A program made the translations under genes and the position numbers. Positions 37,522 to 50,900 of a stretch of DNA of 64,000 bases are shown here, in pieces. This stretch comes from Mobula hypostoma. Its lineage: Eukaryota. The DNA lies in assembly GCF_963921235.1 (NCBI RefSeq), contig NC_086097.1, positions 203,858,001-203,922,000 on the forward strand. Direction: 5' to 3'. The notes below the pieces were generated by a model. The model ran no database searches, was not told the origin of the DNA, and worked only from the letters and a program-made list of their open reading frames with translations. Position 1 is the first letter of the stretch, and each line of letters begins with the position of its first letter.

Positions 37522-38275
37522 GAATTGGAATGGATTTATTGTTGTCACATGTACCTGTGCCAAGATACAGTGAAAAGATTGTCTTGCATACTGCTCATAC
37601 AGGTCAATTCATTAAACAGTGCATTGAGAAAGTATGAGGTAAAACAATAACGGAATGCAGACTAAAGTGCAGCTGCTACAGAGTAAGTGCGGTACAGGTA
37701 GATATTAAGGTGCAAGATCATATCGAAGTACATTGTGGGTGAAGAGTCCATCTCATTATACCAGGAAATCATTCAATTGTCTTATAACAGTGGGACAGAA
37801 GCTGTCCTGGAGCCTGTGGTATGTGATTTCAAGGGTTTAAATCTTCTGCTCAATAGGAGAGGGGAGTAGAGGGAATGTCCAGGGTGGGAGAGGGGGTGCT
37901 GGATTATGCTGGCAGCTTTACTGAGGCAGCAAGAATAGTCAGAGTTCATTGAGGGGAGGTTAATTTCTGTGATGTGCTGAACTGTGTCCACAACTCTCTT
38001 CAGTACTTTTGAAGTGATGGGCAGAATAATCACTGTACTACGCTGAGTTGCATCCAGATAAGATGTTTTCTATGGTGCAATGATAAAAATTAGTAAGGTT
38101 TGATGGGACACGCCAAATTTCTTTTGTATCCTGAGGATGTAGAAGATTGAGCATTCTTGGCCATCTATGTGGTTGGACCAGGGCAGGCCATTAGTGATGT
38201 TCACTCCAAGGAACATGAAGACTTTAAACCTCCCAACCTCAGGACCATTGATAAAGATGGGGACATGTGCACTGC
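37522..38275 (-). mobile_element. Degraded Rex1-type LINE 3' fragment
   Basis: RVVDTVQHIT...KAASII..HPGHSLYSPL (ORF 37782..38033). Confidence 0.8.
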
Positions 38276-38579
38276 TTCCCTTCCTAGTATTTTAAATATG
38301 ATTATGACATGATTCATGAAATCTCTCATATATCGTAAAATGTGATGAAAACCTAAGAGATAGAAATGCTTAAATGTCCAAGTGATAAGTTTAACCCCAC
38401 TTCTAGAGTATGTGGAAAGAAACAGAAGCACTAAAAGAAGACAGTAATTTTTCAATCCTTATAATAATATATATTTTTTCCTTCAGACATTGTAAGTGTT
38501 GTCTACTTCGATGTACTCGTGTTATTTTTGAATAATATAATAATAAAAAAAAGATTTGAAAAGAAAGGAGAAAGATTTA

Positions 38580-39045
38580 TCATTTGAACACGGATTTCTC
38601 AAACTTCTCCTAATTGCCCCTCCCTCGTCTCCTTCACCATTCCCCATTTCTGTTTCCTTCTCTCACCTTATCTCCTTACCAGCCCATCATGTCCTTCTTG
38701 TGCTCCTCTCTCTTCCCTTTCTTCCATCATCTTCTGTCCTCTCCTCTCTGACTCCACCTTCTCCAGCCCTTTATCTCTTTCACCAATCAACTTCCCAGCT
38801 TTTCACTTCACCCTCTCACCCTTTCCCGGTTTTACCTATCACCTGTCACCTTGTACTTCTTCATCCCCTTCCCCCACCATCTTACTCTGACTTCTCCCCT
38901 TCCTTTCTAGTCTGGATGAAGGGTCTCAGTCCGAAACATCGGCAGTTTACTCTTTTCCATAGGTGCTGCCTGGCCTGCGGAATCCCTCCCGCATTTTGTG
39001 TGTTGCTTTGGATTTCCAGCACTTACAGATTTTTTCTGCGTTTGC
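38580..39045 (+). mobile_element. Penelope pLTR with degraded hammerhead
   Basis: Pyrimidine-rich tract, then gatgaagggtctcagtccgaaaca and ttccagcacttacagatt. Confidence 0.8.
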
Positions 39046-40299
39046 AGTATCAGTAATTATTTTGTGCCTTTCTGTTTCCATGGGTTCTGCTCCCAACTCC
39101 TTCAAGTCATGGGTCTCATTAATTTATCCACATTGTTATCTGGTGAATCATCAAAAATTCTTTCATTTGTTAAGTATACTCCAATAGATTTAAAATTTGT
39201 TTCAGTCAAATGATCAGAACAGAAAATCTTTCAAATGTTACTGAGAAACTAACACCAGGAGTGAATTACACTGCTACAGAAAACAGGAAAATAAGGCAGC
39301 TATCTGTGTAGATTGAAATCAAATTGGCAACTGTGTGGTGTTTGTGATAAACTAACACACAACAGACAAATCGGATAATACATGCTGTATTATGCCAAGG
39401 ATTTACACTTTAAATTAATGTTAAAATCCTGGGGATCTGATAATATATTTTAGACCACAAATATCAATAAAAACAAAACCTTTATTTTGAAATTATAACT
39501 TGTGATTGAAAAAATTATGAAGGATGTTTTTTTATCAGGCTGCTGTCTTTATTAATATCCAGCAGATACAGACCAAAGCTGCAATGTGATTCTCAGCCAT
39601 ACGTCCCTCTGTTAACCTGCACAGTTTCATCTTCCTAAAGCAGAGATTCACAAACTTTTATGCTGCACTTCATCTCAGAGGGACTTGGTGATTCCTCCAA
39701 TCCCATTCTTTACTAACTATAATAATTAAAAATGCAATTTTTTATAATCTCTTTCTCCATCTAACCTGACCATACATTGAAATTGAAAACCTAGGACTTA
39801 ATATCTAAACAACACACATAAAAGTTGCTAATGAACGCAGCAGGTTAGATTTTAAATAGACTGGGAATTGACCAGTTGTTAGGTGAAGTTATTAGATGGG
39901 GGTAAAGACCACTGTGAAGTTTTCAAGATGTCATTACTATGAACAAAAGAAGAAATTACTGGAGGAACTGCCACATATTTCTCCAAGAAAGGAACATAAC
40001 ATAAAGGAGGACACCACAGAGCTTACTTGAAGTGGAAAATTCCTTTTGCTCAGCTGGCAAGATAAGAAGCCTCTTGTTCTTGCTGGAAAATTGCACCAGC
40101 TCAGTAATGGACGATGCCGAACTCAGTGTTCATGAAAGCTGTAACTGGCTTTAAGTTGCTCCATGACAATTCAACTGTTACCTGCAATGTAATTATGGAT
40201 ACATATATGAATCCTGATCAGGACTTCTGCTGCTGTTAATGTACAATGCTTTATAATAATGATACACTGAGCAGCCTTAATACAGTTGGAACAACGTAT

Positions 40300-41392
40300 A
40301 CTCAAATGTTATGAGAAGATTCAAAGGAAGTTTATGAAAATGATTCTAGGATTAAGAGAGCTACTAGGACTTGATGTTTCAATCCCTATGGTAAGTTGGC
40401 ACTCTCGATGTTGGCAGTGGGTTTGGAGTGGTGACAAGGAGGGAGGGTAGGTACGTCATCAAGGTCATCAGGTGGGCACCCTCCTTCTTTGACATTTCGA
40501 TGATAAGCCCACGACGTCTCCAGAGGGCTCAACGGTGCTACCTGGTGTCCCAGATACACCCCCCTCAGTTCCATACCCTCCCTTCTTCATCTTGCAGCCC
40601 AGTTGTTGTCTTTCCTTTTAATCCAAATCCAATTGCTGCTTTCTTCTGCTGCATTTGACAAGGACTTGATTTCTTGTTGGAGGGAGTGACCCCTCACCCC
40701 CATCTTCTTCAATAGACTGGTCATAGATATAGCAACGAATCCCCTACATCCCACTTCTACAGGGAAAATCTTGGTCTTCCAGCCATTCTGGGCAGCTTTG
40801 GTTGCCAGTTCAGAGTACTTGGACTTTTTCCTCTCATAAGCTTCTTCGACACCATCTTCCCATGGTACTGTCAATTCCACAACATATGCCAGCTTGGCTG
40901 TTGTGGACCACAGGACCATGTCTGGCTGGAGTGTTGTAGCTGCAATGTCTGGGGGAAATACAAGCTTTTTTCCCCAAGTTCACATCAGAAGAATGAAGAG
41001 GGGTCTCACTGAAAACTATTGAATGTTAAAAAGCCTCTATAGAGTGGATCTGGGGAAGATATTTCCCATGTTGGGGGAGTCAACATAGGACATAGACCAG
41101 AGGACACAGCCTCAGAATAGAGGGATGTCCATTTAGAACAGAGATGAGGAGGAATTCCTTTAGCAAGTGGATGGTGAATCTATGGAATTCATTGCCACAG
41201 TCAGATGTGGAGGGCAAGTCAGTGGGTATATTTAAGGCAGAGATTAATAGATTCTTGTCTAGTCATGGCATGAAGGGATATGGGGAGAAGGCAGGAGATT
41301 CCAGCTGAGAGGGAAATGGATCAGCCATGATGATATGCTGGAGCAGACTCGATGGGCCAAATGGTCTAATTCTACTCCTATATGTCATAGCC
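40300..41392 (+). mobile_element. CR1 3' fragment interrupted by a HERO-type element
   Basis: gattcaaaggaagtttatgaaaatgattc (40317-40350), resuming with agaagaatgaagagggggtctcactgaaa at about 40987; CR1 tail. Confidence 0.75.
40362..40985 (-). mobile_element. HERO-like (R2 group) non-LTR retrotransposon 3' fragment with restriction-like endonuclease
   Basis: TTLQPDMVLWS...VVELTVPWEDGVEEAYERKKSKY...PVEVGCRGF: PD-(D/E)xK-type RLE; ORF open to its stop at 40587. Confidence 0.85.
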
Positions 41393-41449
41393 TTATTATG
41401 ATAGGTTTCGGGGACCATGTGCATGCCTATATTTTGCTTCAAGCTTTCT

Positions 41450-42346
41450 CCACATGCATCTACACCCATTATGAAGCTTCATGCTCACAAATTACAATGC
41501 AAATTTGCCAACGACACTACATTGATTGGCCTTATCTCAAACAATAACGAGGTGGTCTACAGGGAAGAAGTCATCTCTCTGACACAGTGGTGTCAAGAAA
41601 ACAACCTCTCCCTCAATGTCACAAAAACAAAGGAGCTGGTTGTGGATTACAGGAGGAATGGAATGGAGACGGGCTAACCCCTATTGACATCAATGAATCT
41701 GGGATTGAGAGGTAAACAGCTTCAAGTTCCCCAGCATCCACGTCACTGAGGACCTCACATGGCCTGTACACACCAGCTGTGCGGTGGAAAAGGCACAACA
41801 ACGCCTCTTTCGCCTCAGATGGTTGAGGAAGTTTGGTATGGGCCCCCAAATCCCAAGAACTTTCTACAAGGGCACAACTGAGAGCATCCTGACTAGCTGC
41901 CTCACTGCCTGGTATGGGAACTGTACCTCCCTTAATTTGCAGGACTTTGCAGAGAGTGGTGCGGACAGCCCAGCGCAACTGTAGTTGTGAACTTCCCATG
42001 ATTCAGGACATTTACAAGGGCAGGTGTGTAAAAAGGGCCCGTAGGATCATTGGGGACCCATGTCATCCCAACCACAAACTATTCCAGCTGCTACCATCTG
42101 GAAAGTGGCACCGCTGCATAAAAACCAGGACCAACAAGCTTCGGGACAGCTTCTTCCACCAGGCCTTCAGTCTGATGAACTCACGCTGGTTTGAGTGTAC
42201 TCTATATTACATTGACTGTTCTATTTATTATAAATAATTATAAATTACTATGATTGCACCTGGCACATCTAGATGGAGACGTAACATAAAGATTTTGCTC
42301 CTCATGTATGTGAAGGATGTAAGAAATAAAGTCAATTCAATTCATT
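41450..42346 (+). mobile_element. Rex1-type LINE 3' fragment
   Basis: KFANDTTLIG, LNVTKTKELVVD, ESILTSCLTAWYG; (aattc) tail. Confidence 0.9.
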
Positions 42347-43361
42347 CAGTATCAATTCTGCCCCCTTATGTTTCCCATTACCTGTAAGGGCCTATCACTG
42401 CACATTACTGGAATAATTACTGAGCTCACATGCTCGTAAAGAAAGCTTTCTATTAGAATGCCAAATGCTGTTCAGCAGTCTTGGCAGCCTGCTTCAGCAT
42501 TTATCCTTTTGACGGAGGTTCATGGAGAAAAACAGCATGAATTTGAGGTGGTCATATGGTATCAAAATGCCAGTGCAATCTGTAACCTTTGTGACACTAA
42601 TTGTATCATTGATATTAATTTGTGAATAAAATTGATGTCATTAGCTTTCCGGACAGTTCATGTGAAACGATGATAGTTTAAGAGTGCTTTACAAAGCAGC
42701 AAAGGGCAATGAACGTAAGATGATATATAGTCACAGGAATGAAGAGGAGGCTAGTTTGTCAGTCAGGCTGGTGTCTGCATGGCAAAAGAGTCGGAAAAAC
42801 AAGCTCTAATGATAAGTAGTGTCTTGACTTTAGAATATTTATCCTTTGTTTTCAGAACTCTTCATGGCTTGTTCTCTATCTGCCGGAACTACTCTCGTTA
42901 TTGCTTCCTAATCATTCCCAAATGTAATTGCTTCACCACTGGAAGCCTTGTTTTGGTTGTCACAGCCCTAAATTATGGGGTTATTTGCCCACTATTGCTC
43001 CTTCTTCATTTTAGAAGCTCCATAAAGTGGCCTATTTTTATTTATACAGATATAATTTTAAATGGTTTGGTGTCAAATTTTGAACGATAGTCATCCTGTA
43101 AAATGACTTGTGGTATTTTGTCATAGAGTCATCAAGTCAAAGAGAAGTACAGCACAGAACTAGCCTCTTCTGCCCATCTAGTCTGTGCCGACCCATTTAA
43201 ACTACCTACTCCCATCAACCTGCACCGGGACCATAGCCCTCCATATCGCTGCCGTCCATGCACCTATCCAATCTTCTCTTAAATGTAGAAAATACGAGCC
43301 CACGTGCACCACTTGCGCTGGCAGCTCATTCCACACTCTCACAACCCTCTGAGTGAAGAAC

Positions 43362-44400
43362 TTAGAATTTATTTAAATCTTACATCCATCCCACAGCCTG
43401 AGGGAGTAAAAATCTTTGCATTATGACTCCGTTGCAATGTACTGAAATGAAAATTTAAAAGTCTAATGGATGTAGAAAGAAGCTGTCCCATAGCCTGTTG
43501 GTCCTGGCTTTAATGCTGTGGTAGCGTTTGCCAGACGGAAGCAGCTGAAACAGTTTATGGTCGGGGTGACTGGTGTCCCCGATGATCTTCCAGGCCTTCT
43601 TTCTGCACCTGCTGCTGTAAATGTCCTCAGTGGAGGGACGTTTACTTAACACAGATGCGCAGGGCTGTTCGTACCACTCTCTGCAGTGCCCAGTGATCAA
43701 GGTTGGTGCAGTTCCCGTACCAGACGGGGATACAACCAGTCGGTATGCTCTCAGTGGTGCTCCTATCAAAGATCTTGAGGATTTGGGGGCCCATGCCAAA
43801 CCTTTGCAGCCGCCTGAGGTGGAAGAGACGCTATTGTGCATTTTTTGCCACAAAGCCGGTATGTACAGTCCAGGTGAGATCATCAGTGATGTGTATACCG
43901 AGAAACTTGAAACTACTCACCCTCTCAACTGCAGACCCATTGATGTTGATCAGACTGAGCCTGTCTCCATTCCTCCTGTAATCCACAATCGACTCTCTTG
44001 CTGTTTGGAATTGTTATCCCAGCGCCACTATGTCAGGGTGTCAACCCCTCCCCTGTAGGCTGTCTCATTACTGCTAGAAATAAAGCTGAGCAAAGTCGTG
44101 TCATCTGCGAATTTGATCAGCAGAGTGGAGCTGCTTGTGGCAGCACAATCGTGGGTGTAAAGGGAGTAGAGAAGGGACTTGGAACACAACCCTGGGGGGC
44201 ACCTGTGTTGAGGATCAGAGGGGCAGAGGTGAGGGAACCCATCTTTACCACCTGTCGGTGATCGGATAGGAAGTCAAGGATCCAGCTGCACTAGGTGGGG
44301 TGCAGGCTGACGTCTCTGAGCTTCCTGTCAAGTCTGGAGGGAATTATGGTGTTGAATGCTGAACTGCAGTCCAGGATCAGTAATCCAGGTGAATGAGGAC
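43362..44400 (-). mobile_element. Rex1-type LINE 3' fragment
   Basis: acaggtgccccccagggttgtg (TGAPQGC); [16 protein letters not shown]. Confidence 0.9.
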
Positions 44401-44899
44401 AGTGTGTAGTGCTCTGGCTATGGCGCCGTTGGTAGACTTGGTCAGCTATGCTTGGTTAAAGGCTTCAGCAATGATGAAAGCAGCCTCTGGGTGTGTGGTT
44501 TCATGGATATTGATGGTTTTGCAAAGTTCATCGACAGCCAGTTTGGAATCAACCTCCTTATGTTCCTCTTAAACTTTTCACTTTTCACCCTTAACCCATC
44601 ACCTCTAGTTGTAGTCCCACCCAACCTCTGTCAAAAAGCCTACTTGCATTTACCCTATCTATATCCCTCATAATTTTCTATAACTCTATCAAATCTCCTC
44701 TCAATCTTCTATATTCCAAGGAATACAGTCCTAAGCTATTCAATCTTTCCTAATAACTAAGGTTCTCCAGACTCGGCAACATCCTTGTAAATTTTCTCTC
44801 TACCCTTTCAACCTTGTTTACATCTTTCCTGCAGGTAGTTGACCAAACTGCACACAATACTCCAAATTAGACCTTACCAATACCAACTTTAACATTATT

Positions 44900-45671
44900 T
44901 CTATCTTCAACAATATTTCTATCTTTAACATCTCTATTTTTTTCCCTTTCAGGGTTCCCTTGAAGACCCTGACCTGGAGTTACATGCTGATTTTGGTTCT
45001 TTGTGGGAATGGGATCCACTCTCGGGGTTTCATGACTGAGCCTTATTCAACATGCCAAGGATGCAGCCAAAGAGCTTAGCTCACCTTCGGAGGACCAGGA
45101 TCTCATGGCCCTGGAGATGAGTGGATCGAAGGTCAGTGTCCCGGCAGGAAATTGGTGTGTCACGGGAGTCAGAAGATCTCTAGCTGTGTGTCCAGGAGAC
45201 CCGAGGTCTTTGGGCACAGAGCTTGGAAAAAGTGACGCAACGGACCTTTAATATCGTAAACCAGCGAATTATTTGTTATGTCTCCCCTCTTGCTGTGAAA
45301 CGGAGACACCTCTTTCTCCCTTATTAGGGAGAGAGAGAGAGTCTGTGGTATGTCAAATACCGGGTGAACAAGTCGTCTTTGGGGTACTGCAAGTCTGCGT
45401 CTTTGTTGTTGCTTTTCTGCACGCCTGAATGCTTGGTGGTGGGTGCCAATGCTTTTTTTGCTGGTGGGGTGGTATGGGGGTAGTTGTTGCTTTGCTACTG
45501 CTTACACGTGGGAGTGAGGGGAGCTGAGGGGACTTTGGGGTTTTAACATTTAACTGTCCTTCATTCTTTGGGGACACTTTGTTTACATGGATGTTTGCAA
45601 AGAAAAGACATTTCAGGATGTATATTATATAAATTTCTCTGACATTAAATGTACCTTTGAAACCTTTGAAA
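44900..45671 (+). mobile_element. Non-autonomous retroposon family A (copy 2)
   Basis: Collinear with 62865-63408 and 1-531; tail aaatgtacctttgaaacctttgaaa. Confidence 0.8.
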
Positions 45672-46449
45672 TGTAACATCCTGTTTCCTGTTCTTAGTAT
45701 TTTGATTTATGAAGGCTAATGTGCCAAAAGCTTCTTTTACAACCCTATCAACCTGTGACTTCAATTTCAATGAATTATGGGCCTGTACTCCCAGATTCCT
45801 TTGTTCTCCCGCTCTCCTAAGTAACCTACCATTCATTGTGTGGGACTTACTATGGTTGGTCCTACTGAACTGCAACACTTCGCACTTGTCTGCTTTAAGT
45901 TCTATCTGCCATTTTTCAGCCATTTTTCCAGCTGGTTTAGATCCTGTTGCAAGCCATGATAGTCTTCTTCTATGTCAGCCACACCCCCAATCTTGGCGTC
46001 ATCTGCAAATTTGCTGATCCAGTTAACCACATTATCATCTAGATTGTTGATATAGATGACAAACAACAATGGACCCTGCTCCAATCCCTGTGGCTCACCA
46101 CGAGGCACAGGCCTCCAGTCAGAGCAGCAACGCTCTACTAACACTCGCTGGTTCCTCCCAACAAAGTCAATGTCAATTTAATACCTCATCCTGAATGTCT
46201 GGCGAATGATCCATCTTAACCAACCTCCTATGCGGGACCTTGTCAAATGACTTTCTAAAGTCAGTAGACAATGTCCACTGCCTTACCTTCATCCACTTTC
46301 CTGGTAATTTCCTTGAAAAACTCTCAAAGATCGGTTACACATGCCTTACCATGCATGAAGCCATGTTAAATTGAAGACTTATTCAAAATACTAATTCTTG
46401 TTGTTATTGTTGAATGAATAGTTACTTTATAAATGTTGTTATTTTGTAT

Positions 46450-47315
46450 ATAGTCATAGTCATAGTCATACTTCATTGATCCCGGGGGAAATTGGTTTTC
46501 GTTACAGTTGCACCATAAATAATTAAATAGTAATAAAACCAAAAATAGTTAAATAGTAATATGTAAATTATGCCAGGAAATAAGTCCAGGGCCAGCCTAT
46601 TGGCTCAGGGTGTCTGACCTTCCAAGTGTGGAGTTGTAAAGTTTGATGGCCACAGGCAGGAATGACTTCCTATGACGCTCTATGTTGCATCTCCGTGGAA
46701 TGAGTCTCTGGCTGAATGTACTCCTGTGCCCAACCAGTACATTATGTAGTGGATGGGAGACATTGTCCAAGATGGCATGCAACTTGGACAGCATCCTCTT
46801 TTCAGACACCACTGTGAGAGAGTCCAGTTCCATCCCCACAACATCACTGGCCTTACGAATGAGTTTGTTGATTCTGTTGGTGTCTGCTACCCTCAGCCTG
46901 CTGCCCCAGCACACAACAGCAAACATGATAGTACTGGCCACCACAGACTCATAGAACATCCTCAGCATCGTCCGGCAGATGTTAAAGGACCTCAGTGTCC
47001 TCAGGAAATAGAGACGGCGCTGACCCTTATTGTGGACAGCCTCAGTGTTCTTTGACCAGTCCAGTTTATTGTTGATTCGTATCCCCAGGTATTTGTAATC
47101 CTCTACCACATCCACACTAACCCCCTGGATGGAAACAGTGGTCACTGGTACCTTAGCTCTCCTCAGGTCTACCACCAGCTCCTTAGTCTTTTTCACATTA
47201 ATCTGCAGATAATTCTGCTCACACCATGTGACTAAGTTTCCTACCGTAGCCCTGTACTCAGCCTCATCTCCTTTGCTGATGCATCCAACTATGGCAGAGT
47301 CATCAGAAAACTTCT
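46450..47315 (-). mobile_element. Young Rex1/Babar LINE 3' fragment
   Basis: ORF 46597..47196 (KKTKELVVD...YKYLG...LYFLR...SFLPVAIKLYN); (GACTAT)n tail. Confidence 0.93.
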
Positions 47316-47974
47316 ATCATTTTAACATTATTTTGATATTCTGATCCCTATATCAGAGAATACTGTATAATGAATGCTTGATGAATATTCCAATCTGTTA
47401 TCTTGGGAATAGTGGTGCGGGCACGTCTGTCTGTTCTATTTTCAATTCACATCATAGAGTTACTCTCAGCTTCATCGAAGTTCAGGGGATATTATTTGTG
47501 AAGCATTACTGCTGAAGATGATGGAGTCAATAAGGCATCAAACAAAATGGAGAAGGTAGATGCAAAAAAATATTTTACAGGAGAGCCATTGTGATTTATT
47601 TGGATGAGTTTAGTTTATTCCAGCCTGTCAGTTAATCCAAATATCTCAGCACATTCCTTTTAATCAAGTATACAGTAAGCAAGTAAAGTATAAAGAGTGA
47701 TAAACTGTGTATATGACTTCATCACATGATCATTGTGCTATTTCCATATTGCTTATGTAGGTGGAAGGTTTCTTATATCCAAGTTTATTTAATAGGCAAT
47801 GTCTTTCATGCTGAAACAGATGAGGGAATTTTTAGTAAGCATAGTAAGAATTCCTATTGCTTGGTGAATGTTCATATTGCAACTTGAATCATGTCAGAAC
47901 AGTATTCTCCTTCACCTTGTCTACCAGGGCAACCTCATTCCTTCTTTTATCCTTCTTGATTACTTTTTTAAGAG

Positions 47975-50900
47975 AACATTTAAGAAATAATTCAGGAGGG
48001 CTAAAAGAAGGCATGAGTTTGCCGTAACAGACAAGGTGAGTGAGAATCCTAAGGGTTTCTAAGAAATGTTAAAAGCAAAAGGACTTCAAGAGGCAAAATT
48101 GGTCCTCTGGAAGATCAGAATGGTAAACAATGTGTGGAGCCAAAAGAGATGAGGGAGATCTTAAATAAAATCATTGCATCTGTATTTACTCAGGGAATGG
48201 ACACAGAGTCAATTGAAGTGAGGAAAAGCAGCATCAACTTCATGGACCCTGTACAGATTACAGAGGAGGAGGTGCTTGCTGTCCTGAGGCAAATTAGGGT
48301 GGATAAATCATCAAAGCTTGATAAGGTGTTTCCTCAAATCCTGCAGGAGGCTAGTTCAGAAGTTGTCAGGGCCCTAGCAGAGATATTTAAATCATCCTTA
48401 AGGACAAGTGAGGTACCAGAGGATTGGACGACAGCCAACGTTGATCCACTGTTCAAAAAAGGCTCTAAAAATAAACTAAGATGTTATATGCCAGTGAGCC
48501 TGACATCAGTAGTGGGAAAGTTATTGGAAGGTAGTCTAAGGGACTTAATATATAAGTATTTGGATAGAAATCGACTGATTAAGGATAGTCAGTAGTCAAT
48601 GACCTACTATGCATTAAGGTTTCATGCATAGTAGGTCATGTCTAACCAATCATATAGAGTTCTTCAGGGATATTACCAGGAATGTTGATGAAGGCAAGGA
48701 AGTGGATGTGGTTTATATGGACTTTAGTAAAGCATATGACAAGGTCCCACATGGGAGGTTGGTCAAGAAGGTTTAGATGCTCAGCATTTAAGGTAACGTG
48801 GAAAATTGGATTAGATATTGGCTTTACAGGAGAAGCTAGATGGTTGCTCTGTGACTGGAGGCCTGTGGCTAGTGGAGTGCTGCAGGGATTGGAGCTGGAT
48901 CCACTGATTTTTGCCATCTATATAGTCATAGTCATACTTCATTGATCCCGGGGGAAATTGGTTTTTGTTACAGTTGCACCATAAATAATTAAATAGTAAT
49001 AAAACCATAAATAATTAAATAGTAATATGTAAATTATGCCAGAAAATAAGTCCAGGACCAGCCTATTGGCTCAGGGTGTCTGACCCTCCAAGGGAGGAGT
49101 TGTAAAGTTTGATGGCCACAGGCAGGAATGACTTCCTATGACGCTCTGTGTTGCATCTCGGAGGAATGAGTCTCTGGTTGAATGTACTCCTGTGCCCAAC
49201 CAGTACATTATGTAGTGGATGGGAGACATTGTCCAAGATGGCATGCAACTTGACAGCATCCTCTTTTCAGACACCACCGTCAGAGAGTCCAGTTCCATCC
49301 CCACAACATCACTGGCCTTACGAATGAGTTTGTTGATTCTGTTGGTGTCTACTACCCTCATCCTGCTGCCCCAGCACACAACAGCAAACATGATCGCACT
49401 GGCCACCACGACTCGTGGAACATCCTCAGCATCGTCCGGCAGATGTTAAGGACCTCAGTCTCCTCAGGAAATAGAGACGGCTCTGACCCTTCTTGTAGAC
49501 AGCCTCAGTGTTCTTTGACCAGTCCAGTTTATTGTTGATTCATATCCCCAGGTATTTGTAATCCTCCACCATGTCCACACTGACCCCCTGGATGGAAACA
49601 GGGTTCACTGGTACCTTAGCTCTCCTCAGGTCTACCACCAGCTCCTTAGTTTTTTTCACATTAAGCTGCAGATAATTCTGCTCACACCATGTGACAAAGT
49701 TTCCTACCGTAGCCCTGTACTCAGCCTCATCTCCCCTGCTGATGCATCCAACTATGGCAGAGTCATCCGAAAACTTCTGAAGATGACAAGACGCTGTGCA
49801 GTTGTTGAAGTCTGAGGTGTAAATGGTGAAGAGAAAGGGAGACAGGACAGTCCCCTGTGGAGCCCCAGTGCTGCTGATCACTCTGTCGGACACACAGTGT
49901 TGCAAGCACATGTACTGTGGTCTGCCAGTCAGGTAATCAAGAATCCATGACACCAGGAAAGCATCCACCTGCATCGCTGTCAGCTTCTCCCCCAGCAGAG
50001 CAGGGTGGATGGTGTTGAACGCACTGGAGAAGTCAAAAAACATGACCCTCACAGTGCTCGCTGGCTTGTCCAGGTGGGCGTAGACACGTTCAGCAGGTAG
50101 ACAATGGCATCCTCAACTCCTAGTCAGGGCCGGTAGGCGAACTGGAAGGGATCTAAGTGTGGCTTGACCATAGGCCGGAGCAGCTCCAGAACAAGTCTCT
50201 CCAGGGTCTTCATGATGTGAGAGGTCAATGCCACCAGTTTGTAGTCATTGAGGCTGCTGGGGCGCGGCGTCTTCGGCACAGGGACGAGGCAGGACGTCTT
50301 CCACAGCACAAGAACCCTCCGGAGCCTCAAGCTCAGCTTGAAGACATGGCGAAGTACTCCACGTAGGGGCACAGGCTTTGAGCACCCTGGTACTGACACC
50401 ATCCAGTCCTGCAGCCTTGCTTGGGTTGAGACATTTCAGCTGTCTTCTCACCTGTTCAGCTGTGAAGCCCACCGTGGTGGTTTCATGTGGGGAAGGGGTA
50501 TAGTCATGAGAGCAGGGTGGGTGACTGTGAGGAGGGGTAGGAGGGGAGAGTGGAATATGTGTTGGTTGGGGGCCGACAACAGATGACTCATGTGGGGGAT
50601 GGGCAGGGGCCACAATGTCAAATCTGGTAAAGAACAGGTTAAGTTTGTTGGCCCTGTCCACACTATGAATGAGCTGGATGATAATGTGATTAACTAGATC
50701 AGCAAATTTGCGAATGACACCAAGATTGGATGTGTAGTAGACAGCAATGATGGCTATCATGGCTTACAGCAGGATCTGGACCAGCTGGGAAAATAAGCTG
50801 AAAATGGCAGACAAAATTTAATGCTGACAAGTGTGAAGTTTTGAACTTTGGTTTGATCAACTACACTAGGTCTTGCACTGAGGAGTGCGGTAGAACAAAG

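Larger units (their letters stand above)
43122..46370 (-). mobile_element. CR1 split into three pieces (43122-43360, 44550-44885, 45672-46370) by Rex1 and family A insertions
   Basis: WISKFADDAKIGG, DKCEVLQF, RVVKEAFGTLAF; the pieces are collinear. Confidence 0.85.
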
